64,000 bases of DNA from an uncultured Spirochaetota bacterium (GTDB lineage Bacteria; Spirochaetota; Spirochaetia; SZUA-6; CAVTHK01): contig CAVTHK010000009.1 of the NCBI GenBank assembly GCA_963734495.1, positions 128,001 to 192,000 on the forward strand, read 5' to 3'. Under the pieces are notes generated by a model, which did not search any database, had not been told where the DNA came from, and saw only the letters and a list, made by a program, of their open reading frames with translations. Both the position numbers and the translations under genes were made by a program. Below are positions 9,553 through 18,290 of this stretch, one piece after another (position 1 is the stretch's first letter; each line of letters opens with the position of its first letter).

Positions 9553-10158
9553 ATGAGCTGGTGGGATGCCGCCTACCGCAGCGGCGAAGTGCCCTGGGAC
9601 CCGGGCCCCTTCGACGGTCACCTTCCCGGACTCCTCGCGGACCTCGAGCTGCGGCCGTGCGCTGCGCTGGACATCGGCTGCGGCGAGGGCAAGAGCCTCG
9701 TATGGCTCGCCCGCCGGGGCTTTGCGTGCACGGGGATCGATCTCTCCCCCGCGGCGCTCGAGCTCGCCGAAGGGCACGCCCGCGCCGCCGGCGTGGGCTG
9801 CCGCTGGCTGCGCGGCCGTTTCCCTCAGGACTTCCCCCCGGCGGCTCTGCCGCGATCGTCCTTCGGCTTCATCATGGAGCGCGGCTGCCTGCAGCACCTC
9901 AGGCACGACGGCCGCGAGCGCCGCGCGTTCCTGGAGACGGCCGCCGCGCTGCTCGCGCCCGGCGGCTGGTTCTACAGTCTCGTCACGAGCAGCAACCGCC
10001 GCGCCCCCCACGTCGGCCCGCCGCAGTGGTCGGCGAGCGACCTCGTCGAGGCCGTGGAGCCCTTCTTCGAGCTCCGTCTTCTCCGGGAGTCCGTCTTTAC
10101 GGCGGGTGAGGAGGGTTCCGTCCCGGCGTGGCTGACGCTCATGCAGGCGCGCTCGTGA
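9553..10158 (+). CDS. Class I SAM-dependent methyltransferase (TPMT/TehB-like)
   Basis: GGAGG RBS then MSWWDAAYRSGEVPWD; motif I ALDIGCGEG; GIDLSPAA. Confidence 0.85.
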   Translation: MSWWDAAYRSGEVPWDPGPFDGHLPGLLADLELRPCAALDIGCGEGKSLVWLARRGFACTGIDLSPAALELAEGHARAAGVGCRWLRGRFPQDFPPAALPRSSFGFIMERGCLQHLRHDGRERRAFLETAAALLAPGGWFYSLVTSSNRRAPHVGPPQWSASDLVEAVEPFFELRLLRESVFTAGEEGSVPAWLTLMQARS

Positions 10159-10197
10159 CGATCGCGGGATCGGCTCGCCCCATCGCGCCGCGCCGAC

Positions 10198-10226
10198 TTG
10201 CGCGGCCGCTCAGCGGGGCGTAGAGT
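10198..10226 (+). promoter_or_regulatory. Sigma70-type promoter, leaderless configuration
   Basis: TTGCGC-N17-TAGAGT, then 6 nt to ATG 10233; no RBS. Confidence 0.55.
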
Positions 10227-10232
10227 CGTCGC

Positions 10233-10976
10233 ATGAGGGAAGTGCTCTACTGCGGCGATGCCACGCTCGCGACAGGCGCCTGCTACCTGGGCGGCGTGAT
10301 GGCGTACGCGGGGATCGAGTTCGACTACGTGCCGATGGGCGAGCGTTTTCCCGAGGACCTCCTCGAGCAGGATCACGCGCTCTACCTCCTGAGCGACTAC
10401 CCGAGCGACCGCTTCCGGGGCCACGCGCTGCGCAAGATCGCATCGCGGGTCGAGAAGGGCGCCTCGCTGCTCATGGTCGGGGGCTGGGAGTCGTTTCACG
10501 GACTGCTGGGCAACTACGACTCCTCCGAGATCGCGCCTGCGCTCCCCGTCGAGTGCCTCGCCGAGGACGACCGGCTGAACTGGTGTCACGGGCTGATCCC
10601 CGAGGTGACGACGCGGCACCCGACCGTGCAGGGGCTGCCGTGGGAGGAGCCGCCGATGGTCTGCGGCTGCAACCGCGTGAAGGCGAAGAAGGGCTCGACC
10701 GTCGTGCTGTCGCTGCGGAAGCTGCGCATCGAGGGCAGCTCCCTCTCCCGCGACCCAGAGCCGCTTCCTCTGCTCGTGGTCGGGTCTCACAGCGGCGGAA
10801 GGACCGCGGCGTTCACGACCGACTTCGCCCCGCACTGGGTCGGTGGGCTCGTGGACTGGGGCCCCGATCGCATCACGGCCCAGGCGCCCGGCGGCCGGCC
10901 GGTGGAGGTCGGCAGCCTTTACGTCGCGTTCATCACGAGCCTGCTGTCCTGGCTGCTGCGCCGGGGCGGCGCCTAG
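10233..10976 (+). CDS. Class I glutamine amidotransferase-like protein (DUF1355 type)
   Basis: LLSDYP; LLMVGGWESFHG; LPVECL..DDR; GRTAAFTTDFAPHW. Confidence 0.75.
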   Translation: MREVLYCGDATLATGACYLGGVMAYAGIEFDYVPMGERFPEDLLEQDHALYLLSDYPSDRFRGHALRKIASRVEKGASLLMVGGWESFHGLLGNYDSSEIAPALPVECLAEDDRLNWCHGLIPEVTTRHPTVQGLPWEEPPMVCGCNRVKAKKGSTVVLSLRKLRIEGSSLSRDPEPLPLLVVGSHSGGRTAAFTTDFAPHWVGGLVDWGPDRITAQAPGGRPVEVGSLYVAFITSLLSWLLRRGGA

Positions 10977-11048
10977 GGCGGGCGCGGTCCGCCGCGCCCA
11001 GACCCACCGAAGCAGCACGGACCGCGGGCTGCCCAGGGTCCGACAGGC

Positions 11049-12002
11049 CTAGGCGTCGCCTCCCGAAAGCCGTCGCGGCACGACCCCGATCGCGCCGCGG
11101 CCCGCCCTCGGCGGGTGATAGTGCACGTAGACCATCCTGATCTCTGGCATGGTCTCGTAGATCCTCTCTTCGATCCGCGTGCAGATCTCGTCGCCTTCCC
11201 TGATCGAGAGGGCGCCGTCGAGCCCGATCGTGAGGTTCACGACGATGTGCGGGCCGAAGCGGTGCGCGTGGACCTCCTCGATCTGGCGGATCGCGGCGAT
11301 GTCCGCCAGGTTGGCGCGGATCTCCCGGGCGAGGCTCTGGCTGGGCACGGCGTCCATGAGCTCGGTCGCCGAATTGCGCAGGATCCTCATGCCGGTGCGG
11401 AAGATGAGCAGGCCGACGATCGCGCCCGCCAGCGGGTCGACCCACGAGTAGCCGAGCCTGGCCAGAATGATGCCGACTGCGACCGCTCCCGAGGCGGCGA
11501 CGTCGCTCGCGTGGTCGTCGCTGAGGGCCACGAGAACCGAGTTGCCTCCCGAGCGGCCCTTCGCCCGCGTCCACAACGCCAGGAAGATCTTGATCCCGAC
11601 TGTCGCAAGCGCCACCCAGAGCGCCACAACTCCGATCTCGTGCGGCGCTTCCGCGCCCGTCACCATCTGGAACACCGTGGCCGCGTCGTCCCAGAGGATC
11701 GCGACGGCGGTGGTCAGGACGAAAGCCCCCACCACCAGCGACGCGATCGATTCCATCTGAGTGTGGCCGTAGGGGTGCTCCTGGTCGGCCGGCTTGGCCG
11801 CGGTGCGCACGAGCGCCGCCACCACGAGGTAGTAGACGACGTCCGAGGTCGAGTTGATGGCGTCGGAGATGAGGGCCGAGCTCCGGCCGACGATGCCCGC
11901 AAACAGCTTGGCCACCGCGAGCACGATGTTGGCCGCCAATCCCACCGCGACCGCGGTCTGGTTGTCGCGCTTGCGCTTTGCGAGTTCCTCCCGGCTCACC
12001 AT
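11049..12002 (-). CDS. Cation diffusion facilitator (FieF-like) transporter
   Basis: ATG 12002. SSALISDAINSTSD; KPADQEHPYGH; DDHASD; C-terminal VYVHYHP. Confidence 0.9.
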   Translation of the reverse strand: MVSREELAKRKRDNQTAVAVGLAANIVLAVAKLFAGIVGRSSALISDAINSTSDVVYYLVVAALVRTAAKPADQEHPYGHTQMESIASLVVGAFVLTTAVAILWDDAATVFQMVTGAEAPHEIGVVALWVALATVGIKIFLALWTRAKGRSGGNSVLVALSDDHASDVAASGAVAVGIILARLGYSWVDPLAGAIVGLLIFRTGMRILRNSATELMDAVPSQSLAREIRANLADIAAIRQIEEVHAHRFGPHIVVNLTIGLDGALSIREGDEICTRIEERIYETMPEIRMVYVHYHPPRAGRGAIGVVPRRLSGGDA

Positions 12003-12078
12003 GACCCGACAGATTATCCCATCCCGTGTCCCACGGCAACGGGGGGAAGCCCCGGGGGGAAGCCCCGGAGCCGATCGG

Positions 12079-12105
12079 TCAAGCGCCCGGGTCGCCGACC
12101 GATAA
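12079..12105 (+). promoter_or_regulatory. Sigma28 (FliA)-type promoter of the flgF operon
   Basis: TCAA(12079-82)-N15-ACCGATAA(12098-105) against the consensus TAAA-N15-GCCGATAA, 80 nt upstream of flgF. Confidence 0.7.
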
Positions 12106-12184
12106 TCTAAAAGGATCACCCGCGCTTCGCGGGCTCCGTCACCGGGGCCACGCGGGCGCGAGCATCGGGTCCGAGGAGGCATTC

Positions 12185-13033
12185 TTGATCCGTGGTCTGT
12201 ACACCGGCGCGAGCGGGATGGTCGCGCAGATGCACCGGCTCGACGCCATCGCGAACAACCTCGCCAACGTCGACCTCGTCGGCTACAAAGAGGACATCCC
12301 GGTCCTCAAATCGTTTCCGGAGATCCTGCTGCGCCGCATGGACGACGACGGCGTGGTCAAGCTCGGCTTCGCGTCCATCGATAGGGCGCCGGTAGTCGGC
12401 AGGCTCGGGACCGGGGTCGAGGAGAACGAGGTCTTCACGGACTTCGCCCAGGGCTCCGTCCAGCGGACGGAGAATCCGTTCGACTTCGCCCTCGAAGGAA
12501 AGGGCTTCCTCACCGTGAGCAAAGACGGCGAGGAGCGCTACACGCGCAACGGGAGCTTCCTCATCAACGACCAGAGCTACCTCGTCAACAAGGAAGGCGA
12601 TTTCGTCCTCGGCGAGAAGGGCCCGATCCGCCTCAAGGCGAACAACTTTACCGTGGACCAGGACGGCAACGTCTGGCAGAACAGCGACCTCGCGGCAGAC
12701 CCCCAACGGCTGGTCTCGCCGGAGGAAAACGACTGGCAGGGCATCGAGCTCGTTGACCGGCTCAAGATCGTCGACTTCGACCGCACCCGCTACCTGCAGA
12801 AGCAGGGCGACTCTCTCTGGAAGGACACCGAGGAGTCGGGGCCCGCGCGCATCGCGGCCGAAGGCCAGCGGCCCAAAGTGCTCGAGGGGTTCCTCGAGAA
12901 GTCCAACGTGAACGTCGTCACCGAGATGGTGCGGATGATCGAGGTCAACCGCACCTACGAGGCCAACCAGAAGCTCATCCAGACGCATGACGGCCTGCTC
13001 GGCACGCTGATCAACCAGGCGATGCGCCTGTAG
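12185..13033 (+). CDS. flgF: Flagellar basal-body rod protein FlgF (FlhO-like)
   Basis: TTG start after GAGGAGG. IRGLYTGASGM..IANNLANV; YTRNGSF; LEKSNVNVVTEMVRMIEVNRTYEAN. Confidence 0.85.
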   Translation: MIRGLYTGASGMVAQMHRLDAIANNLANVDLVGYKEDIPVLKSFPEILLRRMDDDGVVKLGFASIDRAPVVGRLGTGVEENEVFTDFAQGSVQRTENPFDFALEGKGFLTVSKDGEERYTRNGSFLINDQSYLVNKEGDFVLGEKGPIRLKANNFTVDQDGNVWQNSDLAADPQRLVSPEENDWQGIELVDRLKIVDFDRTRYLQKQGDSLWKDTEESGPARIAAEGQRPKVLEGFLEKSNVNVVTEMVRMIEVNRTYEANQKLIQTHDGLLGTLINQAMRL

Positions 13034-13047
13034 GAGGGGGTACCGGA

Positions 13048-13842
13048 ATGATGCGATCGTTGTGGACGGCGGCTTCGGGCATGACTGCCCAGCAGTTCAA
13101 CATCGACACGATCTCGAACAACCTCGCCAACGTGAACACGTCGGGGTTCAAGCAGAACCGGGCCGATTTCGAGGACCTGCTCTACCAGACCTCGCGGATC
13201 GCCGGCACACCCGCGACCGAGGTCACCGTGGTGCCGACGGGGATCCAGGTCGGCCACGGCGTGCGCCCCGCGGCGACTCAGAAGATCTACACGCAGGGCT
13301 CGCTGCAGAACACCGAGAACATCTCGGACATCGCCATCCAGGGCGAAGGCTTCTTCCGCGTGCTGCTCTTCGACGGCACTTACGGCTACACGCGCGACGG
13401 CTCGTTCAAGATCGACTCCAACGGCCAGCTCGTGACCTCCAACGGGTACCGCGTCGCGCCCGAGATCATCTTTCCCGAAGGCTTCATCCGCGACACGGTC
13501 TCGGTCTCGCAGGACGGACGGGTCACGGTCAAGATGCCCGGCAACGACGACCCGATCGACGTCGGCCAGATCGAGATCTACCGCTTTATCAATCCGGCGG
13601 GCCTGCAGGCGATCGGCGAGAACCTGCTCAAGATCAGCAACGCCTCCGGCCCTCCGATCGCGGGCAGGCCCGGGTTCGACGGGATGGGCAAGACCATCCA
13701 CAAGTTCCTCGAGATGTCCAACGTCTCGGTGGTGCAGGAGATGGTGAACATGATCGTGGCCCAGAGGGCCTACGAGACGAACTCCAAGGCGATCCAGACC
13801 TCGGACACGATGCTCGGGATCGCGAACGGGCTCAAGCGGTAA
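13048..13842 (+). CDS. flgG: Flagellar distal rod protein FlgG
   Basis: MMRSLWTAASGM; ISNNLANVNT; FEDLLYQ; GIQVGHGV; LEMSNVSVVQEMVNMIVAQRAYETNSKAIQTSD. Confidence 0.96.
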   Translation: MMRSLWTAASGMTAQQFNIDTISNNLANVNTSGFKQNRADFEDLLYQTSRIAGTPATEVTVVPTGIQVGHGVRPAATQKIYTQGSLQNTENISDIAIQGEGFFRVLLFDGTYGYTRDGSFKIDSNGQLVTSNGYRVAPEIIFPEGFIRDTVSVSQDGRVTVKMPGNDDPIDVGQIEIYRFINPAGLQAIGENLLKISNASGPPIAGRPGFDGMGKTIHKFLEMSNVSVVQEMVNMIVAQRAYETNSKAIQTSDTMLGIANGLKR

Positions 13843-13922
13843 GCGCGGGCCCGGTCGCGCCGATTCCCGCAGGGGCCGGCGTGACCGGGGCCGGGACCGG
13901 AGTGAGAGAGGTGCGTGGGACG

Positions 13923-14791
13923 GTGAAGGCGCTCCTGATCGTCATGTTTCTTTTCGCCGTGACAGCAGGGCTGCACGCTCTGGAGCTCTATCTGCGCCGC
14001 GCCGTCGTGCTGCAGAGCGGTCGGCCCGCCCTGAGGGACCTCGTGTACGTCCTGCCGGCGGACACGGGGACGGCGGGCCTCGACGCTCCGCTTCCCTTTG
14101 ACGTGAACCGGCCGACCCTCCTGCCCGCGTCGGCGGTGCGCCAGGCGCTGCTCGCGGGCGCGACCGGTCCGGTGATCGTGTCCGGGGGGCGGGTCGCGCT
14201 GGTGCCGGCCGCCCTCGCGGCGCCGAAGGAATCGATCTTCTACCGGGACCTGCTCGAGTACGTCGACGCGGCCGACACCGACCGTTCGAGCCGCATCGAG
14301 CTCGAGGTGATCGATGTCCCGCTCGCGGGCGACTACGATCCGGGGCTGCGAAAGTACTTCGAGCTGCGCGAGCTCGGTGACGTTACGGAGGTGGCGTACC
14401 CGACGCTGTCGGGGCGCCCGCGCAGCTTCCGGATGAAGATCCTTCGCGCCGACGACGACGGCGCCGGCGCGCCCGCCGCGCCGGCGCAAGCGGCAGCGAA
14501 GGGCCCGCAGGATGCCGCGCCGCGCGAGCGGCCGCGCCGCCGCCGGCCGGCCGCGCCGGCCGCGACGCGGGCCCGCAGACGCAGGCCGACGAGCGGCGCG
14601 AGCTCGCCCTGCGCAGCGGCGAGCGCATCCGCATACGGTTCGTGCGCGGCGCGGTCGCCGTGACGCTGCCGGGCCGCGCCCTGCGCTCCGGCTACTCCGG
14701 CGAAATAGTGCCGGTGCGGCCGTTCGACAGCGAGCAGAGCTACGACGCCCTGGTGACGGGAAAGCGGGAGGTGGTCGTTGAGCTGCGTTGA
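13923..14791 (+). CDS. flgA: Flagellar P-ring formation chaperone FlgA-like protein (frameshifted near 14520-14570)
   Basis: Signal peptide VKALLIVMFLFAVTAGLHA. Another frame gives LALRSGERIRIRFVRGAVAVTLPGRALRSGYSGEIVPVRPFDSEQSYDALVTGKREVVVELR* (ChapFlgA-like C-terminus). Lies between flgG and flgI. Confidence 0.7.
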
Positions 14792-15848
14792 TCGTGCGCG
14801 GCCCCGGTTGTCCGCCCTCGCGGCCCTCGCGCTGCTCCTGGCAGCCGCGGTCCCCGCTTCCGCGGCCCCCAAGGTCCGCATCAAGGACATCGCCGACGTC
14901 CTCGGGGTCCGGGAGAACCAGCTCCTCGGCGTCGGTTTGGTGACGGGCCTGGCGGGAAAGGGCGATTCGTCCGGCTCCGCCCTTCTTCAGAAGGCTCTCT
15001 CGAGCATGGTCTCGTCGTTCGGCCTGGAGATCGGCGCGGACGACGTCAAGAGCCGCAACGCCGCCGTCGTCATGGTGAGCGCGGAAGCCCCAGCCTTCGC
15101 GCGGCCGGGCGAGCGGATCGACGTCTCTGTCTCGAGCGTCGGCGACGCCCGCAGCCTCGAGGGCGGGATCCTGCTGCAGACCAACCTGCGCGCGGCGAAC
15201 GGGCAGGTGTACGCGGTCGGGCAGGGCCGCATCTCCGTCGCCGTCGGCCCGGCAGCGGTGCAGACCGTCGGGACGCTCAAGGGCGGGGCGATCGTCGAGC
15301 GCGAGATCGTCTCGACCTTCGCTCCCGGGAACACGCTGTCGTTCGTGCTGCGGCACCCGGATTTCGTGACCGCCGCCGCGGTTGCGGAGGCGATCAAGGC
15401 CGGGGTGCCGGGGATCACGGTCACCACGCGCGACGCGGCGCTCGTGGAGGTGCAGGTCCCCGAGGCGCGCCGGACCGAGGTGGTCGCGCTGATCGGCCAG
15501 ATCGAGAGCCTCGGCGTGACCCCGGACACCAAGGGCCGCGTGGTCATCGACTCCCAGTCGGGCGTGGTGATCATCGGCGAGAACGTCCGCATCAGCAAGG
15601 TCGCCGTGTCCTACAAGGACGTCGAGGTCACCGTCGGCGGCGCCGCCCCCGCTTACGCTCCCGCCTACGCATCAACCAACGCCGAAGGGCAGCCGTCGCC
15701 GAAACAGTTCGTCATCCCCGATACGACCAGCGTCGACGACTTCGTCAAGACACTGAAGGACGTCGGCGTCTCGACCGACGTTATCATTGGGATCCTCAAG
15801 GCCCTCGACCGGGCGGGCGCGCTGTACGGATCGCTGATCGTGCTTTGA
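14778..15848 (+). CDS. flgI: Flagellar P-ring protein FlgI (start uncertain)
   Basis: RIKDIA; RENQLLGVGLVTGLAGKGD; NAAVVMV; IDVSVSSVGDARSLEGG; ILKALDRAGAL. Confidence 0.95.
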   Translation: MSCVDRARPRLSALAALALLLAAAVPASAAPKVRIKDIADVLGVRENQLLGVGLVTGLAGKGDSSGSALLQKALSSMVSSFGLEIGADDVKSRNAAVVMVSAEAPAFARPGERIDVSVSSVGDARSLEGGILLQTNLRAANGQVYAVGQGRISVAVGPAAVQTVGTLKGGAIVEREIVSTFAPGNTLSFVLRHPDFVTAAAVAEAIKAGVPGITVTTRDAALVEVQVPEARRTEVVALIGQIESLGVTPDTKGRVVIDSQSGVVIIGENVRISKVAVSYKDVEVTVGGAAPAYAPAYASTNAEGQPSPKQFVIPDTTSVDDFVKTLKDVGVSTDVIIGILKALDRAGALYGSLIVL

Positions 15849-15890
15849 CCCGGCTGCGAGGCAAGCTCGCGGATCTCCCAGGAGTGCGAC

Positions 15891-16310
15891 GTGGACCCGA
15901 TCCAGATGCCGAGCATGCCTGCTCCGCAGGCGAGACAGGTTTACGAGAGCGCGCGCGTGCAGCGCGACCTGGCCGGTGCCCGCGAGGCGCTGGCGGAGCG
16001 CGGCCGCGCGAGCGCGGCCGGCCCCGGGCCGGCGCCCGCGGTCCGGCGCAGCCAGATCGACCGCGGGAGCAAGCTCTACCAGGCGGCGCAGGAGTTCGAG
16101 AGCATCTTCGTGAAGCAGATGCTCGACTCCATGCGCCAGACCGTCGAAAAGACGGGGCTGATCGAGGGCGGCATGGCCGAGGATATCTTCGAGGACATGC
16201 TCTACGACCAGTACGCCCTCAAGATGACCCGCACGGCGGGCTTCGGTCTCGCGGACCAGATCTACCTGCAGCTGAACAACAACGGCGCGGTCCCGCCTAA
16301 GGACAAGTGA
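15891..16310 (+). CDS. flgJ: Short rod-binding FlgJ (no muramidase domain)
   Basis: KLYQAAQEFESIFVKQMLDSMRQTV...FEDMLYDQYA...GLADQIYLQL; 139 aa. Confidence 0.88.
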   Translation: MDPIQMPSMPAPQARQVYESARVQRDLAGAREALAERGRASAAGPGPAPAVRRSQIDRGSKLYQAAQEFESIFVKQMLDSMRQTVEKTGLIEGGMAEDIFEDMLYDQYALKMTRTAGFGLADQIYLQLNNNGAVPPKDK

Positions 16311-17038
16311 CGCAGGGCCCTGCTCTTCCGCGTCCGCGCGCGGTCCTCTTCGACATGGGCGGCACGATCGTCGGCGGGGAGCGCTTCGACCCGGCGGCCG
16401 GAAACGCGCGGCTGCTGCGCCACGCCGTCGATCCGCGCGGCTTCTCGGTGGACGCCGTGGGAGCCGAGGCGGCGGCCCTGAGCGCGAGGGTGCTCGCCAT
16501 GCGCGACCCCTGCCGGCTCGAGTTCCCCTGCCGCGCGTTTCAGCGCCTTCTCTACGACAGGCTGGGTGTCCGCTTCGTTCTCTCGCCCGCGGAGATGGAG
16601 CGGGAGTTCTGGCTGGGCGCCATGACCCACACGCCGGAGCCCGGGATCGAGAGGGTCCTCGCGGGCATCCGTGCCTCCGGCATCCGAACCGGCGTCGTGA
16701 GCAACACCATGTTCTCGGCTTCCGTGCTCGAGGAGGACCTGGAGCGACTCGGACTCGGGGGCTTTTTCGAGGTCGTGATCTCGAGCGCGGACTACGGCGT
16801 GCGCAAGCCGAGCCCGCTGCTCTTCGAGGCGGCGCTCGCGAGGGTGGGATGCGCCGCGCGCGAGGCGTGGTACGTAGGCGATCGACCGGAGTACGACGTC
16901 GCGGGCGCCCGGGCGGCGGGCCTGATCGCGGTCTGGTACAACCCCGCCGGCAGCGGCGCTCCCGGACAGGTGCCCGACGCAACCGTGCGGTCCTGGGACC
17001 AGTTCCTGCCGCTCCTCGATCCCGGCGCCGGCTCCTGA
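16307..17038 (+). CDS. HAD family hydrolase
   Basis: Motif I LFDMGGT; VVSN; RKPSP; YVGDRPEYDVAGA. Confidence 0.88.
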   Translation: MTQGPALPRPRAVLFDMGGTIVGGERFDPAAGNARLLRHAVDPRGFSVDAVGAEAAALSARVLAMRDPCRLEFPCRAFQRLLYDRLGVRFVLSPAEMEREFWLGAMTHTPEPGIERVLAGIRASGIRTGVVSNTMFSASVLEEDLERLGLGGFFEVVISSADYGVRKPSPLLFEAALARVGCAAREAWYVGDRPEYDVAGARAAGLIAVWYNPAGSGAPGQVPDATVRSWDQFLPLLDPGAGS

Positions 17039-17051
17039 GGCTCCCGGCGCG

Positions 17052-17390
17052 CTACTGCAGGCTCAGCTCCGTGCGGCCGATCTTGAGCACGTCCCCCGCC
17101 TGCATTCGGATGTACTTGCCCTCCGGCACCTGCACGCCGTTGACGAACGTGCCGTTGGTGCTCTGCAGATCGCGCACGAAGTAGTCGTCCCGTATCTTCT
17201 GCACCGCCGCGTGGTGCCGGGACACCATCACGTCGTCGAGCTGGATCGAGTTGTCCTTGTCGCGCCCGATCGTGATGACCCCGACGATCGCGATGTTCCT
17301 GCCGCCGTAAGAAAGCTGCAGGACCTCTTTCCGGGGGATCTTCTCGAGCCGCTTGCCGAGATTGCTGTTTCCGATGATCGTATCGCCCAT
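17052..17390 (-). CDS. Stand-alone FHA domain protein
   Basis: ITIGR; VSRHHA; DLQSTNGTFVNG; GDVLKIG. Start placed at ATG 17390, downstream of a TTGCGA-N17-GAGAAT promoter-like motif. Confidence 0.88.
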   Translation of the reverse strand: MGDTIIGNSNLGKRLEKIPRKEVLQLSYGGRNIAIVGVITIGRDKDNSIQLDDVMVSRHHAAVQKIRDDYFVRDLQSTNGTFVNGVQVPEGKYIRMQAGDVLKIGRTELSLQ

Positions 17391-17569
17391 GGTCGGGGTC
17401 GGTGCCGGGCGGGGTCTCGCCCCGCTCGGGCCGGCCTCCATTCTCGCACCTGACCCGCTTCTTCGCAAGTGCCATCGGAGGCAGGGGGGGCAGGAGCGGG
17501 CAAGCGTCCGGGAGCGGAGGTGAGCGCCCGGCGAGCGCCTCGCGGCCGGCTACAGCCGGCGGAATCGTC

Positions 17570-17602
17570 TTGACGATGCCGCTCCCGCTGAGGCATCGTC
17601 AA
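17570..17602. repeat. Perfect 11-bp inverted repeat directly upstream of the PduO-type gene
   Basis: TTGACGATGCC-N11-GGCATCGTCAA. Confidence 0.8.
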
Positions 17603-17608
17603 AGCAAG

Positions 17609-18172
17609 GTGAAGTTCGACGCAGTCACGACCGGCACCGGCGACCAGGGGGAGTCCGGCCTCTACAGCGGCGAGCGGCTGCCCAAGGACGACGAGCTGTT
17701 CGAGGTCCTCGGGACGCTCGACGAGCTCGCCTCGTGGCTGGGGCTCGTCAAGGCCTCGCTCCGCCACGGGCTCGAGTCCGGGTTCCAGGACAGCTTCCCG
17801 GTCCCGGATCATATCGAGAGGATCCAGAACGACCTGTACCGCATCGGGGCCGAGGCCGCGACTTCGCGCGGATCCCCTCTCTTCGTGACGCTCGATCCCG
17901 TGGGGCCCGCGGACCTTGAGCGGCTCGAGGGCTGGGAGAAGGCTGTGATGAAGTCGATCCCCTTGCCCAGGGGCTTCATAGTGCCGGGGGTCACCCGGCT
18001 CGGCGCCAGCATAGACATCGCCCGCGCGGTCTGCCGGAGGCTCGAGCGCCGGTTCGTCGCCTGGCTGCGGCGGGCCGCCCCCGACAGCCTGGCCGGGTCC
18101 GTGCCCCTGAAATACCTGAATCGGCTCTCCGACTACCTCTTTGTCGTCGCGCGCCGCTACGAGAAGTCGTGA
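17609..18172 (+). CDS. PduO-type ATP:cob(I)alamin adenosyltransferase
   Basis: VTTGTGDQGESGL; GTLDEL; IQNDL; ARAVCRRLERR; YLNRLSDYLFVVAR. Confidence 0.9.
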   Translation: MKFDAVTTGTGDQGESGLYSGERLPKDDELFEVLGTLDELASWLGLVKASLRHGLESGFQDSFPVPDHIERIQNDLYRIGAEAATSRGSPLFVTLDPVGPADLERLEGWEKAVMKSIPLPRGFIVPGVTRLGASIDIARAVCRRLERRFVAWLRRAAPDSLAGSVPLKYLNRLSDYLFVVARRYEKS

Positions 18173-18206
18173 CGCGCCCCGAGCGGACAACGCGCCCCGA
18201 GCGGAC
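18172..18206 (+). repeat. 17-bp tandem direct repeat abutting a TTGACA upstream of hcp
   Basis: ACGCGCCCCGAGCGGAC at 18172-18188 and 18190-18206; TTGACA at 18207-18212. Confidence 0.8.
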
Positions 18207-18290
18207 TTGACATCTTCCGGCAGCGCAGGTTCCATGGCGTCACCGGGTCGCGCGGCGCGGGCCGGAAACACACTTCATCGAGAGGGAACC

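Noticed and set aside
17391-17608. Cobalamin riboswitch upstream of the adenosyltransferase
   Set aside because: No recognisable B12-box or conserved core by eye; an Rfam scan would be needed to exclude it.
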